A DNA stretch of 64,000 bases. It comes from Octopus vulgaris. Taxonomy: Eukaryota. A program made the translations under genes and the position numbers. Below are positions 11,044-25,190 of the stretch, piece by piece (position 1 is the first letter of the stretch; every line of letters begins with the position of its first letter). Below the pieces are notes generated by a model. The model saw nothing but the letters and a program-made list of their open reading frames with translations. It was not told where the DNA came from and ran no database searches. The DNA is taken from the NCBI GenBank assembly GCA_951406725.2, contig OX597823.1, positions 104,098,001-104,162,000 on the forward strand, read 5' to 3'.

Positions 11044-12994
11044 GTGTTGCTGTTGCTACTACTACTAACAATAAACACTCTCAATAAATGCGCCCGAAAT
11101 TAGAACGTTATATAACAAAGAGACGAAACCAACCGAGCTGGAAATAGTGAATGTTTGATCAATTTTAGCAATATTTGGAACAAAAGCGATGGGATTGATT
11201 TTTTTCCTTTTTTTATTAAGTAAAAAGCAAAAGCATTGCCGCTGGGTTACACATTGGGATACGGACAGAGAGCAAACGACTGAAATTATCCCTCAGAATA
11301 TTACTGAAATCTATTTTAGATTTGATGGTGGAAATTGTTAAGAACCAGCAGAAAATAGATGCCTTGTCTTTGCCCCCTTGTCAACGTGTACTAGTACCCG
11401 TTTTACGAAATTTGAACGAGTCCACGTTCATCATGCCTTGAACGAGTCGACGTGTAATGAAGAAGGGCCTGTTAATGTGATTATATAAAGGGATATTTTA
11501 TTTGTCTTTGATTCTTGCCTTGTCTCATCTTTGTAATTATCTATTTCGAAATACAAATCTTTTTTCGTGTGTCCAAGATTTCGGTCACATTACAAGGTTA
11601 CAAAACAAACAGGTACCACATGCGAAACTGTATCTTTTATTCACTTAAGTAGCTAAATAATTATGTAGCTAGATAAGTATTCCTAAATTAGGCTCAAAGT
11701 TATAACTATGTTGAGAGACGTTTAATTGAATAAATCGAGCCTAGCTTTTAACTGATACTTTAATTGAATGAAAAGTGAAGTTAATCTTGGTGAGTTTTGA
11801 ACTCAAAACATAAAAAGCCGGAAGAAAGCCTGTTCGAAGCCCTAAAATTTTGACAAATGTTAAGTGGTTGAGTGCACCATATACACGTGTGCCCTCACTC
11901 TAATTCTCAAGTGCAACCAGAACGACACAGCGTGACAAGATATTACAAGTATAGTCATCAGATGGGCTTCTATACAGTTTCCGTCTACACTATTTCACTC
12001 ATAATGTAAGGGTCGACCCGAGGCATTCGCTTAAGATTCCATGTGGTGGAATCAAACCCGGGGCCATATAATAACATATGCTTGCCATATAACAATGCCT
12101 TAATATTACTGTAACTCATTCTATTGAACCGGAACTTAGGTAAGTCCTGATATCAGTTGCAGCCAGTTTCAAGTTCTGTCTTTCTTTTATTTCTCTCCTA
12201 TCATCTTTAACAGGAATAATCTGTTAGAAATTTGGAAGCTCTACTTCCCATTACAATTTTACTGTACTCTATCACTTTTTCCTGATATTAAGCACAACTA
12301 TTGTTAAAATTATCCTATCGTAGCCATCCCGTCTAATTTTCATACTTGGTTTATACCAAGGCCTTCATAATTTACTATGTTGTTCTTTTTTTAAATAATG
12401 TTATTTGTGGGGGAAGGCTGAATTCGGCTGCTTTTCCTAAGAGTTTGAACGATTACGTAAGAGCATCCTTCTTGGCTCGAGGAGGTGCTCGTTCGTTGGG
12501 TCACATGATTATCGAAAGGATAAAAGTTAAAGTTTAACTCCAAAAGCGAATTGGACAAAATGTAACTTATTTACAAGAACATTCAATCATTTTGGCCTTC
12601 TGCTTCTAGCTCCACTTTCGTACCTCTATCGAAAGTAAACTCTTTGGAATCTAAATGATTCCTTCTCAATCGCTGCAATCCAGAAGTTTAACAGCAACGA
12701 ATAAATGCAATGATATAGCAAAGTTTTCCCTATTCTGCAGACTACGTGGGCTTCGAAAAGCTATGAGCACCCTCCTCTCTTTCTCACAGATAATTTATAC
12801 GAACAAGCTCAATCGCAATACAAGTGAGAGGACGTATATCATTGCGCTCTCATCAGAGATTTGGGAACCATAACAATGCATTTATTTCATTTTTATCTTA
12901 AAGTCGCTTTCGTTATTGTTGTTTAATCGAGTAGACTACAATATCTAATATTTTTCTCTTTTTCTAAAGAAAGACAGTGAACGGTTAATTATGT

Positions 12995-13205
12995 GGCAGG
13001 CTGGTCGAATGGTTAGGAAACCTGAAAAAGGCTTTGCTTTTTCATGTGTTACGGCCCTTTACGTTCTGAGTTCAAATTCCACCGAGGTCGACTTTTCCTT
13101 TCCTCCTTTCATGATTGATATAAGTACTAGTCAAACAATGGGGTCGATGTAATCGTCTTACCTCACTCTTAAGAATTACTAGCCTTGTATCAAAATTAGA
13201 AAGAA
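12995..13205 (+). mobile_element. SINE family A
   Basis: ACGTTCTGAGTTCAAATTCCACCGAGGTCGACTTT...GGGGTCGATGTAATCG. Confidence 0.8.
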
Positions 13206-13240
13206 TTGTTATCATTGTTATTATTACCATTATTATTATT

Positions 13241-13784
13241 GAGTGAGAGAGCTGCGCATGCCATCTAAGTGACACTGGGGTAAAATATACGAAGCCCAGT
13301 ATACCCATCAGGACTACCCGTCTGATAAGGGTACACTAGGCACATGCATCACAACCATATGTGCGTGACATGGTGATCTCATATCAAGATAAATAGCGCA
13401 TGACCTTACAGGTGGGGTTCAGTTAGAATTTTCTTCTGGTCGAGTAGCCCATCCCGCTGAAAAGGTCCCGGAATAAGGTTTAAGGATGTTGTTTAAGGAT
13501 GTTGAACGAACCACCCATGTTTCCAAAGGTGAATTATCCAAACCACCAATAACACACGGCTATGATGCTCCCCCACTACTTCTGCCCATGATCAAGAGAT
13601 GCACATATCGTCAGCCACTAAGGGACATGCTCAACTGGTTAAGGTCAAACAAGTGACAAGCAAATCTGTAGTATTGAGCAGAATATTTATTGTAGCCCTT
13701 CTTTTATACCAAGACAAAACAATGTACATGATAACACTTCCAATCAGTTAAGATCAGAAGCCACGAGAGCCACTGCATCAGAGC

Positions 13785-13788
<4 letters not shown>
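13241..13788 (-). mobile_element. ~560-bp (TAA)n-embedded element, copy 2
   Basis: Reverse complement of 3898-4456, flanked by (TTA)n on both sides. Confidence 0.9.
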
Positions 13789-13841
<53 letters not shown>

Positions 13842-14959
13842 TATTATTATTATTGTTGTTATTATTGTTATTATTGTTATTGTTGTTGCTGTTGTTGTTG
13901 TTGTTGTTTTTGTTGTTGTTGTTGTTGTTATAATCGTTTGTAGTAGCTGTAAATTGTCTTGGTTCCCGAAGGTTGGTTAAATGTTGAAAACAATTTGTTT
14001 ACTGGTGTAAATTTTTGCCAATACTTTGAATAATGATTTCTACTTCACTGTGTGAAGAAGTGTACTGCCAAATTATGCCCTAGAGGTACAACTTTTGTAT
14101 AATTTCGTCTGTTTTGGTCTCTGTTGGAACTATGGAATTAGTAACACCTACTATCAGACTCAGCGATGAGGTAATAGCGAGGACTCCTGCCACTACCAAC
14201 TTCATTAGAGAACACTACTCTCTCCTTTGTTCTAATGAAAGAGCGGCATGGATTGGCGTTAAAAAGCAGAGCGTGCACGAGAACAGCAGCAGCAGCAACA
14301 ACAACAACGACGACGACAACTTCAATTGTAATGAAAACGGTAGCAAAAAAGTTTTTTCTGTAATAAGCACAAAATTTAGGGGTGGGGCAAGTCGATTACA
14401 TAGACCCTAGTGCTCAACTGATTATATTCAGTATGCTAATGACTCTGCCAGGTCACCGCCTTAGACGTAATAAAGCATTTAAAAACGACACATTCAATCA
14501 TAGCAAATTAAGATATCTCCAAAACCACCACCAAATACAGACAAATCCCCGACGACTTCACAACCACCATCACCAACATCCACATCAACAAAAATAAAAT
14601 AAACAGTCGAGTGGCACCAGCAGACCGACACAAATACAACAACACACGAAAAACCACACAATTACGCCCAAACCTTTTGCAGATAAGCAGCACGAATCAA
14701 AAACTGGAAACTGGTATCCTTTATCGCATAAAAGGTAAACATTCACACAAGGGAGAGGATTGTAAGACCAAAACTTTCAGGATGCCACATAATTTGAAAA
14801 TAAGGCTGGACTTGGTGGCTAACAGAATAAGGAAGAAAAATTTCTTAATGATAAGCCAACAACAGGTTCGTAAAGGACTTGTCAGGATTTCTTGGAGACC
14901 AAGTCACTCGGTCTCTGGGACACCAAATGGCTTTCTCTTCAACCAACATGGCAGTTGAG

Positions 14960-15385
14960 AGAGTGAACTGATGGGGTAGGGTTCACCTTCGAAACAGGGT
15001 TACTTGCTCAATAATCTCAGATCACTAGGTTTGGGTGTGATAGCCATCGGCGAGGTCAGTTTTTCATTCCTCGCATTTTAGCAACTATTTGTTAGCGACT
15101 TTGAGGTCTTTGCATCTCTTACTCGACCCGGAACAGGAAGACCTTGTGGAGGCACTCTTCCAGAAATGCCTGAGCCTCAAGATACCGTCAATCTTCCTGG
15201 ACCTGGATGGGAAGTTGGTGATCCTTGACGTGAAGGGTGGCGAAGATGGTGACTTTGGACTTGTCACCGTGTATGGACCAACTGATACGGTGTAGCCAGA
15301 TTTTTTCAAGCGTTTGGATGTTTCCTAGGAACATCTCGCTCTTTAGAACTAGTGGGTGATTGGAATCCCTATTTTGCATCAAGAT
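14960..15385 (+). pseudogene. Tx1/L1-type LINE ORF2 APE endonuclease fragment
   Basis: Translates (with frameshifts) KQGYLLNNLRSLGLGVIAIGE, FLDLDGKLVILDV, LVTVYGPT and FLGTSRSLELVGDWNP, i.e. APE motifs VYAP and GD(F/W)N. Confidence 0.75.
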
Positions 15386-15394
15386 GATCACTTT

Positions 15395-15800
15395 CAAACA
15401 CGTGGTTGCGAATTCAGCCTCCTGCACAGCACCTTGGGCAACACTGGGCCGGCCATTGCCTTGTGCGTAAATTTGATAAACGGAAACTGTGTGGAATATC
15501 GCCGTATATATATATGTGTGTGTGTGTGTATACACACACAAACACACACACACATATATATATATATTAAGTGTATGTTTGTGCGTGTGTTTGTTTCTTT
15601 GTATTTGCGTTTATCTCCCATCACCTTTGACAACCGGTGCTGGTTTGTTTACATCTCTGTAACTTAGCGGCTCACCAGAAGAAAACACTAAAATAGGTAA
15701 GAAACTAAAAAGACAAATAAAATAAGCACTGGGTTCTATTTGTTCCACTAGACCTTAATCAAGTTGGTGTGCAGGGCAATGACTGGAGCAAGTAAAAAAA
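15395..15800 (+). mobile_element. SINE family B (CORE-like ACCTTGGGCAA), diverged
   Basis: CACCTTGGGCAA, AAACGGAAACTG, internal (TA/TG)n and TTGACAACCGGTGCTGG..GTAACTTAGCGG, as at 47917. Confidence 0.7.
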
Positions 15801-16468
15801 TAGAAGATAAAGGATGGAGAAAATGTCCGAATTATTCTGAATTTCGGTCGATTTCGATATTTTAGAGAGGATTTATTTTAAGGAACCTACAAAAATCACT
15901 GTATCAACACCTGCTAATTAGCAGCATTTTAACAATTTCTGATAAAGATACTCATACCCTGCACCATCCTTTCGTCAGAAACAAATGTACTTTATCCAGC
16001 AACGTTAAATATATACAATACGCAAGCTTGGTTTTTTATATGAATACTCAGGTATATTTTCTCGTGTCAAGCACTTTATCTTTTATATATAAATATATAT
16101 ACAATGTATGTGTGTGCGCGCGCGCATTTTTGTTTGTGTATGTGCGTTCATGTATGTATGCATGGGACGGGGTGAGAAATACGAATAGATATATTGATTG
16201 ATTGAAATATCTATGCTACTCACTTAGGCATATTGATTTTCATAATGTCCCTATTTTCACTGTTGTTCCACATTTTCCTCTCATTTAACCCGCTGGGCTT
16301 CTTCTTTTTTGTTTTGTTTTGTTTTTTTATTTGTTTTTTTTGTCTTGTTTTATTTTTTGGCGGGATGAGGGATTGTATATTTTCCAGGTTTTTATCTTTG
16401 ATCAACATATTGCAGGTCGGATACAATGTGTTTGATATCCATACACATATTTATACACTTACTTACGT

Positions 16469-16825
<357 letters not shown>

Positions 16826-17421
16826 AGGTAAGCAGGCAAGACAGATTTAAAAGTAGAATGACAGAAAAATAGGGAAAGATGAAAGAGGGACATAAGTATA
16901 AAGTTGGAGAGAGAGAGAAAGTAAAAGAAGACGAAAGGTGCTTCGTAAATACAACCTGTAAGAAGACGCTTGAGAACAACAACAACAACAACAACAATAA
17001 CAACAACAGTAGCTGTAGCAGCAACAACAATAACATCGCCAGCAGCAGCTGCATCGAGCAACAACAACAGCAGCAACAAGAAGACAAACCGCTGGCCGTT
17101 CCACTTTCGATGTCGCCATGTTTTAGTTGCGCAGTAAAATCAATATTTTGACGAACAGTTTCTGGTGTGTACACACATTTATGTATAACATGAGTGTGTG
17201 TGTGTGTGTGTGTGTGTGTGTTTCTATGTGGTAATGTGTATGCTTTGAGCTGCGTGCTCGCCCGTCTGCGTGCGCACGCGCGTTTCCAGACCTGTTAGAC
17301 AAGAGAATAGTGTACCTCGGTGTTTTAGGTTGCAATGGCAATGACTGCTAGTAATACTATTACTACTACTACAAGTGGTAGTAGCAGTAGCAGCAGCAGC
17401 AGCAGCAACAGTAGCAGCTGC

Positions 17422-17468
<47 letters not shown>

Positions 17469-17491
17469 CAGTAGCAGAAGCAATAGTAGTT

Positions 17492-17551
<60 letters not shown>

Positions 17552-17587
17552 TTGGTTTTCTACACACACATTTACACACGCACACAC

Positions 17588-17640
<53 letters not shown>

Positions 17641-17763
17641 TTCAGACAGAAAAATCAAAGCTCGCTAACTATTGGGATCCGACCAACGGATTGTATGTTT
17701 GTATCTTTGTTTCCGTGTATGTATCTATATGTGTATACATGCATACATACATACATACATACA

Positions 17764-17833
<70 letters not shown>

Positions 17834-17851
17834 TCTATATATATATATGTC

Positions 17852-17939
<88 letters not shown>

Positions 17940-18080
17940 TATATATATATATATTCTAATATCTCTGGATATATACATGCATACATAAATGCATATATAT
18001 ACAGTGAAGCCACTTATTGTAACCATTTCCATCTTTCAGCTGTTTTCCCCTATTTGCTTATTCTCTCGTTCATTCTTCCC

Positions 18081-18132
<52 letters not shown>

Positions 18133-18264
18133 TTGTGTTTCCACTCTTCTTTAATCTCCCCGGAATTCGCTGCGCTGCGCAGTGTGAAAGTTGTCGGAGG
18201 GAATCCCTCGCAGGGCTTGCGATCTCAGAGAAGACAGGAGACCTTAATGATATAATTTTTAATA

Positions 18265-18462
18265 TCTGGTAGAATCGTTACCGCACCGGGCAAAATGCTT
18301 AGCGGTATTTCGTCCGTCTTTAGGTTCTGAGTTCAAATCCCGCCGAGGTCGACTTTGCCTTTTATCGTTTTCGGAGTCGATAAAATAAGTACATGTTGAG
18401 TACTGGGATCGATATAATCGACTTACCCCGCCTCTGAAATTACTGCCAAAATTTGAAACCAA
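18265..18462 (+). mobile_element. SINE family A
   Basis: CTGGTAGAATCGTTACCGCACCGGGCAAAATGCTTAGCGGTATTTCG...GTCGACTTTGCC. Confidence 0.85.
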
Positions 18463-19240
18463 TATCTCTAGATAGCTCAGAAGAGTCACCCTTACCCTAA
18501 GAGTTGGAAGTTTTCGATAATAATGAAGACTATTTAACCCTGTACAGTTCTAAAGTTATAGAAGCCCTGTGTCAATGGTAGAAATCCTAACTGCTGGTTT
18601 TGTGCGCAAACTTCTCCACGGGAGGAAGAGAAGATATTAACGTTTTATAAATTTACGTTATCTAGCTGGGAATATCGCTCGGACATTGAAGAAAATACCT
18701 ATTTCTTTACTACCCACAAGGGGCGAAACAGAGAGGGGACAAACAAGGACAGACAAACGGATTAAGTCGATTACATCGACCCCAGTGCGTAACTGCTACT
18801 TAATTTATCTCGTTGACATGTACATGGAACCTTTCCGAACAGGTTAAATTTAGGCAATCCACGAAAACTACTATTCATGGTATCCATGAACTGGCAACGC
18901 ATGTAACATGTGGGTTTTCGCTTCGCGTCACTATGTTAGCACTATATATGCATACAAACAGACACACACACACACACACACACACATACACACACACACA
19001 CGCACGTACAGACATACATACACACATATTTATATACATCCATACACAGCTATATATACTCAAAAGTATATATATACAATTTCACACAGACTCACAAACA
19101 CACACACATGCTCACATATCCATATTATTTATATATGGGTGTAATATATGTGCGTTGATTTATGCTGAAACAATGAGAAAGGAGTGCTCAATATATACTG
19201 TAGGGGATATGATGTTATATATGTATACATATATATATAC

Positions 19241-19314
<74 letters not shown>

Positions 19315-19386
19315 TAAATGTGTTGCTGAAAATGCATTTAAATTTTAAAAACTTGTAAATGTTTAAAATACATTTATTTACATATA

Positions 19387-19428
19387 TACCAAACTAGTTT
19401 CAACAATACTTTTTGTTTATCAATGGTA
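19387..19428 (-). ncRNA. Minimal type I hammerhead motif, U3:A8 variant
   Basis: Minus strand: TACCA-TTGATAA-ACAA aaagta TTGT t-GAAA-CTAG-TT-TGGTA. Stem I is 5 bp, stem III is the palindrome ACTAGT, and it lies ~75 bp from a (TA)n tract. Confidence 0.55.
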
Positions 19429-20151
19429 AAAGTGTAAAATTAGAAAAACGTCGTTATAAGTTTCAATGTTGACAAATCAAAATGTTTCAATGTTGATAAA
19501 CTGAAATGTTTTAATGTTGTTAAATTATCATGTTTAAAACAGAAGGTGTAAGTTTGAAACGACAAATACTTCTGCAAATTTAAGATATATAAATTTACAC
19601 ACACACACACACACACATATATATGTATGTATATATGTGTGTATGTATATGTATGTCTACAGAGGTGTAGACTGATCCGGTGGTGATGCTGGGCTTTGTA
19701 TTTTTTTCATAGCTCCCATGGTTACCGAGATAATCTACTATAATAATACTCATATGTTTGTGAATGAGATGTCATACTTGGCAGTGGGATGATGAAAATC
19801 GTACACTGAAAAAATTAAATCAAACAGCATTTCAACTGTGTGAATATATGTGTGTGTATGTAAAAGGGGTGTACGTGAATGTGTGTGTTTGCGCGCGTGT
19901 GTGTCTTCGTGTGTGTTTGCGTGTGTGCGCGTAATGGAAGTGGGGTGGTTCATCTTTGTTCGCTTGGTATTTGGGTTTATTTTTTGGTTATTTTTTTGTT
20001 GGACAGTTATTTTTAGCGCTTTGACAGAAAAAAGTCATTCTAAAATTGTTTTTTAAAGTAAGCGTGCCCAAACAAGTCGAATGCTTACACAGAGCAGGTT
20101 TTACAGCCACATCATCCAAACCGACCGGGTGAGACCAGGCTTAACTGCTAG

Positions 20152-20254
<103 letters not shown>

Positions 20255-20342
20255 ATATGTATGTATATTTGTATATATACATATATATATATATAACAAA
20301 TGAAGGAAACGGAAAATGGAATTCACGAGAATTTTTATTGAT

Positions 20343-20444
20343 CACAACGGTAGTTTCAACTTCTGTTGCATCGGTCCTTTGCGGGTGGGATATTATACAA
20401 CTGGCTGTGCTGCATCCTCCGGTGCAGATGTATCTCGTCAGGTG
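20343..20444 (-). ncRNA. Type I hammerhead motif with canonical core and long stem II
   Basis: Minus strand: CAC-CTGACGA-[GAT..TGCACCGG...CCGATGCA..GTT]-GAAA-C TACC G-TT-GTG. Confidence 0.65.
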
Positions 20445-20531
20445 CCCTTTTTAAAAAAGATGGCTCGCCCAATATACTCGGTTTCGCTTGGCTCAATGAT
20501 ACAGATATGTTGGACCACTGAACTCTCAATT

Positions 20532-20569
20532 TCTTTCTGTTGAAGAGTGTACGCTTGAAATGTAAAAGA
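20532..20569 (+). ncRNA. Minimal hammerhead motif, CUGUNGA variant (PLE end)
   Basis: TCTTT-CTGTTGA-AGAGT gtac GCTT-GAAA-TG-TA-AAAGA, followed by the PLE terminal segment (TTCCGAGCGTCAAACTAATAC...) ending in (TA)n. Confidence 0.6.
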
Positions 20570-20671
20570 CTGTTCCATTTTTTCCGAGCGTCAAACTAAT
20601 ACACTTGCTTGTTGTTCCTACAACTGTGTTCGTCTTTGTTTTTCTATAAATTTGAACTATATTATATATGT

Positions 20672-20786
<115 letters not shown>

Positions 20787-20789
20787 CCT

Positions 20790-21185
20790 CTATTTTTCCT
20801 TGTTTCAGTCATTGGATACAGCCACGTTGGGGCACCGTCTTGTAAGATTTTAGTCAAACAAATCTACCCAGTACTTTTGTTTTTTTTTTGGGGGGGGGAC
20901 TACAACTTAAGTATCATTCCCTGTCGCCGAACCGCTAAGTTACGGGGATGCAGCCAAACCAACACTAGAATCCAGTGGTGATTAGAGGGCGGGGCAAGCA
21001 CAAATACAAAGATTTGCACGCTCACACACACACATGCACACACATACAACTGACTTCCATACAGTTTCCATCTACCAAATTTACTCACAAGACACTGGTC
21101 GACACGGGACTATAGTAAAAGACACCTACCTAACGTTCCACGCAGTGGAACTGAACCTGAAATGACGTGGTTGCAAAGCGAACAT
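20790..21185 (-). mobile_element. SINE family B
   Basis: CCGAACCGCTAAGTTACGGGGA, CAGTTTCCATCTACCAAATTTACTCACAAG and CCACGCAGTGGAACTGAACC. Confidence 0.8.
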
Positions 21186-21395
21186 TACTTAATCATTGTT
21201 ATACATTTTATCTTATATCTAATCTTTCTATAATATGTAATTTTTCTATATGGTAATATTTAATTTTTCATTATTGAATTGATAAAGGGTGGGGTTTTTT
21301 TTTCTAATTTATATATATATATTATATTTTGTCAAATTTGATTTAGTATTTCTAAATTGAATTTTTCCCTGTAAGTTTGGAATAATATTCCCTCA

Positions 21396-21476
<81 letters not shown>

Positions 21477-21754
21477 GCCTTGCTCTTCTCTTTTGTTAGG
21501 TGTCATTTTTAGCGATACGTGTGACCTTGCACACAAGCCAATTTATTGAGTCTTAGAGAAAGAAATAGCTTTGTTTTACGTATCTTTTTTCATGTCGTGT
21601 GCATTTTCAAGGTATATTTATTTTCTAGTTTCTTTTATCTACATTTATGATTATTGTTTAGTCCCAGATCAATTCTGCTTGAGAATACCTTATGTTTACA
21701 GAGATTCCATTTATGAGTATTTGTCTTTTATTTATTTTTTCGTTGTTTTCTCAG

Positions 21755-21939
21755 ACAATCAAGTGTGTCCGTTTTCCCTTTTCATATGATAGAGCGTAAT
21801 TTTACAGGAGACTTCACCGTTGTGTCTACCAGCTCTAGCGACTACGTAGCGGCTCTCACACTGGCTCTTTTGCAAATAGCTGTTGGTGATGATGGAGCTC
21901 CTATTGGTATTTTGCCCAAAATCATCCATGGTCGAGCAG
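21755..21939 (+). CDS. Candidate coding exon (QSSVSVFPFHMIERNFTGDFTVVSTSSSDYVAALTLALLQIAVGDDGAPIGILPKIIHGRA)
   Basis: Long polypyrimidine tract ending CTCAG| at 21754 (alternative AGs at 21792 and 21807) and donor CAG|GTATGT at 21940. A single frame is open, GC is higher than the flanks, and the peptide is protein-like but unidentified. Confidence 0.5.
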
Positions 21940-22408
21940 GTATGTAACGAATAGTGTTTCAACTACGACTAGCTGTCTTTTGGACCAATATTTCCTTCCT
22001 TTTTTTAAGAATGCTGAGTGAATTTGAGAATTTTGTTCTATTTCTCGTAAGTCGAACTATCGCATAGAGGCTCATTCGTTTACTGTTTTAGCCATGATTG
22101 TATGTTCTGGCGAACATTTCCATTACCCTATATACCTAACAGCAACGCCATAGCAGGGTTATGGTTATTATAAAGTTTATAGCGACATCCATTAGAGTCT
22201 TGGACACAGCCAGGATAAGTTAGAAGAGGACGGAATAATATATATAAAGGCATAAGCGATTCAGCTTCTTTTGACAGTGTTGATATACTAGCTTTCATGA
22301 ACCGCTCAAGCAATAAAAATAGATTGATTCCAGGAGCAATAAATTTTATCCTTTGTCATCGAATGCTTGTTGAAATCAATTATCTGAAATATTGGTTGAT
22401 TTTTCTTT

Positions 22409-22445
<37 letters not shown>

Positions 22446-22811
22446 CTCTTTCTCTTTCTTGCTATATAATGCTTTAATTTTGTTGCCACGAATATAACCA
22501 TGTTATCTTGTATATCTCTTGAACGTGTTCGTAGCAAAAATAAAAACCAAAAAATTTCATTACCCTTTGATACTAGACTCTTAAAATTAATTGATGAATC
22601 TTGTGGAAAGCTTGAAAGATTTGTTAAGTCAATATTTTCAATATTGACTTCGATATTTTATAGAATTTGTTCAATATCCTTATTGAAATTTTGTTCAATA
22701 AATAGATAAGGTACGTAGATGGTTTATCCAAGAAAAAACTTACTAAATATTATTTGCTGCTCTTTTTATTTTTATTTTCTTTCAACAACTTCACTCAATT
22801 TCCCTTCTATA

Positions 22812-23190
22812 TGGGCGCAGGCGTGCATCAATGGTTAAGAATCTTGCTTTCCAACCATGTGGCTTTGGGTTCAATTCCACTGCGTGGCACCTTGGGCGAG
22901 TGTCTTCTACTATAACCCTTGAGTAGATGCCTTGTAGAGGAAACTGAAAGAAACCTGTCGTATGCGCACGTGCGTATTGTGAGTGTCTTTGTTTCGTGTT
23001 TGTCGCCACCATCGCTTGACATCCGGTATGAGTTTGATTATGTCCCGTAATATAGCGGTTCGGCAAATAATACCGATAAAAGAAGTACCAAGCTTAAAAT
23101 ACAAGGTTTGATCTGTTCGATTAAAGTCGTCAGGATGGTGCTCCAGCATGGCTGTAGTCCAAAGACTGAAATAAGCAAAAGATAAAGGTA
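22812..23190 (+). mobile_element. SINE family B, near full-length
   Basis: GGGTTCAATTCCACTGCGTGGCACCTTGGGCGAGTGTCTTCTACTATA...GGTGCTCCAGCATGG. Confidence 0.85.
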
Positions 23191-23834
23191 TAGTTTGATT
23201 CATTCTATGTAACAACATTAACGATCTTTTACTATGTTATTTAATTTTTAATTAATGAAACGAATCGGTAAAACGTCGAACAATGCTCCTTACGCCATTT
23301 TATTCTGCCACTTTATGCTCTAAGTTTAGATCCTTCGCTCCCGCTCCATTGTGCACTTTGCGTTTCATCCTCCCGAGGTTTCATAAAGTAAATTCCTTAC
23401 TTAAGCTGGCCAGTTGGCAAAGTTGTTAGAGCGACGGATAGATAACTTCTTATTAATCGCTCTGTTACCCCACGCTCTTAGTTCATATCTCATCAACATC
23501 AACTTTGTCTTTCACCCATTCGGGGTTGATAAATAAGTAAATAAGTACCAGTCTTGACCTGATGTCGAATGTTCTCTTTTGTTTCTTCTCTCTGTCTAGA
23601 CCTTTTTCTGGAAGAAATCGACTGTGGTCAAACCTGGCAAATGATGGATTCACATCAGCTTTAAAATTGCCCAGACAACGCTGCGGCACCTCGACATCGT
23701 TAAAAGATTATGGACCTAAGGTAAAGCAAGGCGAAATAAATACCAGTCAGCACCAACACTGAGGATGATATTGTCGCCTATACTTTACAAGTCGATTCCT
23801 TGTCCGTTACATTAGAATTTTCTTTCATTGGTTC

Positions 23835-24055
23835 ATTTTACTCTTTTACTCTTTTACTTGTTTCAGTTATTTTAACTGTGGCCATGCTGGAGCACCGCCT
23901 TTAGTCGAGCAAATAGACGCCAGGACTTGTTCTTTGTAAGCCTAGTACTTATTCTATCGGTCTCTTTTGCCGAACCGCTAAGTTACGGGGACTTAAACAC
24001 ACCACCATCGGTTGTCAAGCGATGTTGGGGGGGACAAACACAGACACACGAACAT

Positions 24056-24086
<31 letters not shown>

Positions 24087-24260
24087 CATATATACGACGG
24101 GCTTCTTTCAGTTTCCATCTACCAAATTCACTCAGAAGGTTTTGGTCAGCTCGAGGCTACAGTAGAAGACACTTGCCCAAGGTGCCACGCAGTGGGATTG
24201 AACCCGGAAACTATGTGGTTCGTAAGGAAGCTACTTACCACACAGCCACTCCTACGCCTA
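23835..24260 (-). mobile_element. SINE family B, full-length
   Basis: Reverse complement of 47917-48357, including the (TTTTACTC)n tail. Confidence 0.9.
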
Positions 24261-25055
24261 TAAAAATTTTTATTTCTGATCTGAAATTTTTGAACTGACA
24301 ATATTCCTGCTTAAAATTTGATTTTATATTCATATGTGAATTTCTTTAGAAGAAATCATCTTCAGAAATATATTTTTTCTTTGATTGTTTTATCGTCTTT
24401 CCAAACGTCTTGCATTTTTGTTTTCACTTTTCTTCTTGGATTTGGTTTATGATTGCTTTCTTAAAGTTGACATTCTCTTCTGCTATTTTAATTTACTTTT
24501 CTTATGTTTTAGGTCGGTTATTTTCTTCCTGTATGACTTTTTTTCTCTCTCTCTCTTTCACTTTCACTTTCCTTTATAATAAAACACGTCATAATTCATA
24601 ATTCTGTTTTTCATAGAATTCTCTGCGCCCTGAACCTATTCCTAAAATGACAGTATTTCTACATTTATTATAGCATTTACAGCAGCTCAACGATTTATAC
24701 TTCTTTTTTTATGCCCATTTAGAAAATTGTGCGAAACATTCAATATTGCATAAGTTACTTTATTCCTTTTCTCAAATCTCTTTCTTCTCATTTCTGAGTG
24801 CCTCGGTTATGTTCAGTGTTATGCTTTTTTTCTTCTTGATCTGGGTATCTTCCAATGTATTCAAAGTACATAGCTTGATATGTGCCTGCAGTGCCTAGTT
24901 ATGTTATTTTCCGTATATTGCGTATATATTTATGCCCTGAGTTAATACCAGATTATTTCTTTCAGTTGTGGTACTTCTACTTATATGTGCGTGCGTATGT
25001 ACATGTGTGTGTGTGTGTGCGTGTCTTTTTACGGCGGTGATGCGGTGATATATAT

Positions 25056-25141
<86 letters not shown>

Positions 25142-25190
25142 TTTTTGAATTTGGTTTGCAAGATTCTTTATATGAGTTCGTGTGTTGAAG

